From Rhina ancylostomus (Eukaryota): a DNA stretch of 63,645 bases. The position numbers were made by a program, and so were the translations under genes. Positions 63,541-63,645 of this stretch are shown piece by piece. Location: positions 10,566,797 to 10,630,441 of the forward strand of contig JARFYF010000046.1 in assembly GCA_030265395.1 (NCBI GenBank), given 5' to 3'. Position 1 is the stretch's first letter. Each line of letters opens with the position of its first letter. A model generated the notes under the pieces. The model was not told where the DNA came from. It saw only the letters and a program-made list of their open reading frames with translations, and ran no database searches.

Positions 63541-63645
63541 TGTAATTAATCAGATTTAAATTGGGTTTTAGCTCCCCATATAATTCTTGAAGGAAGCAGA
63601 TGATTTCTTATTCCAAATAAATTGGTTACATATCACAATGTAGTG

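Overview
This is eukaryotic, repeat-dominated DNA from a gapped draft assembly. The repeat repertoire (SacSINE1-like DeuSINEs, HE1/V-SINE-like SINEs, CR1, L2, L1, Rex1/Babar, Penelope, Gypsy) points to a cartilaginous fish (shark or ray); that assignment is an inference. No intact protein-coding gene can be supported, and most ORFs in the supplied track are spurious or transposon remnants. Main observations: (1) a 5'-half NRARP copy fused in frame to a CR1 LINE 3' end; (2) many Penelope termini carrying minimal hammerhead-ribozyme motifs, including one insert with a target-site duplication that starts at the predicted cleavage site and two inverted pairs joined inside the ribozyme; (3) a chain of minus-strand exon-like blocks (about 35-60 kb) with good splice sites but broken frames, suggesting a decayed multi-exon gene of unknown family; (4) a ~750-bp foldback element, a 39-bp near-perfect hairpin, four copies of one LTR family, a local templated insertion inside a SINE, and a decayed Gypsy provirus. 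Repeat families were recognised by eye and their boundaries are approximate unless stated otherwise.
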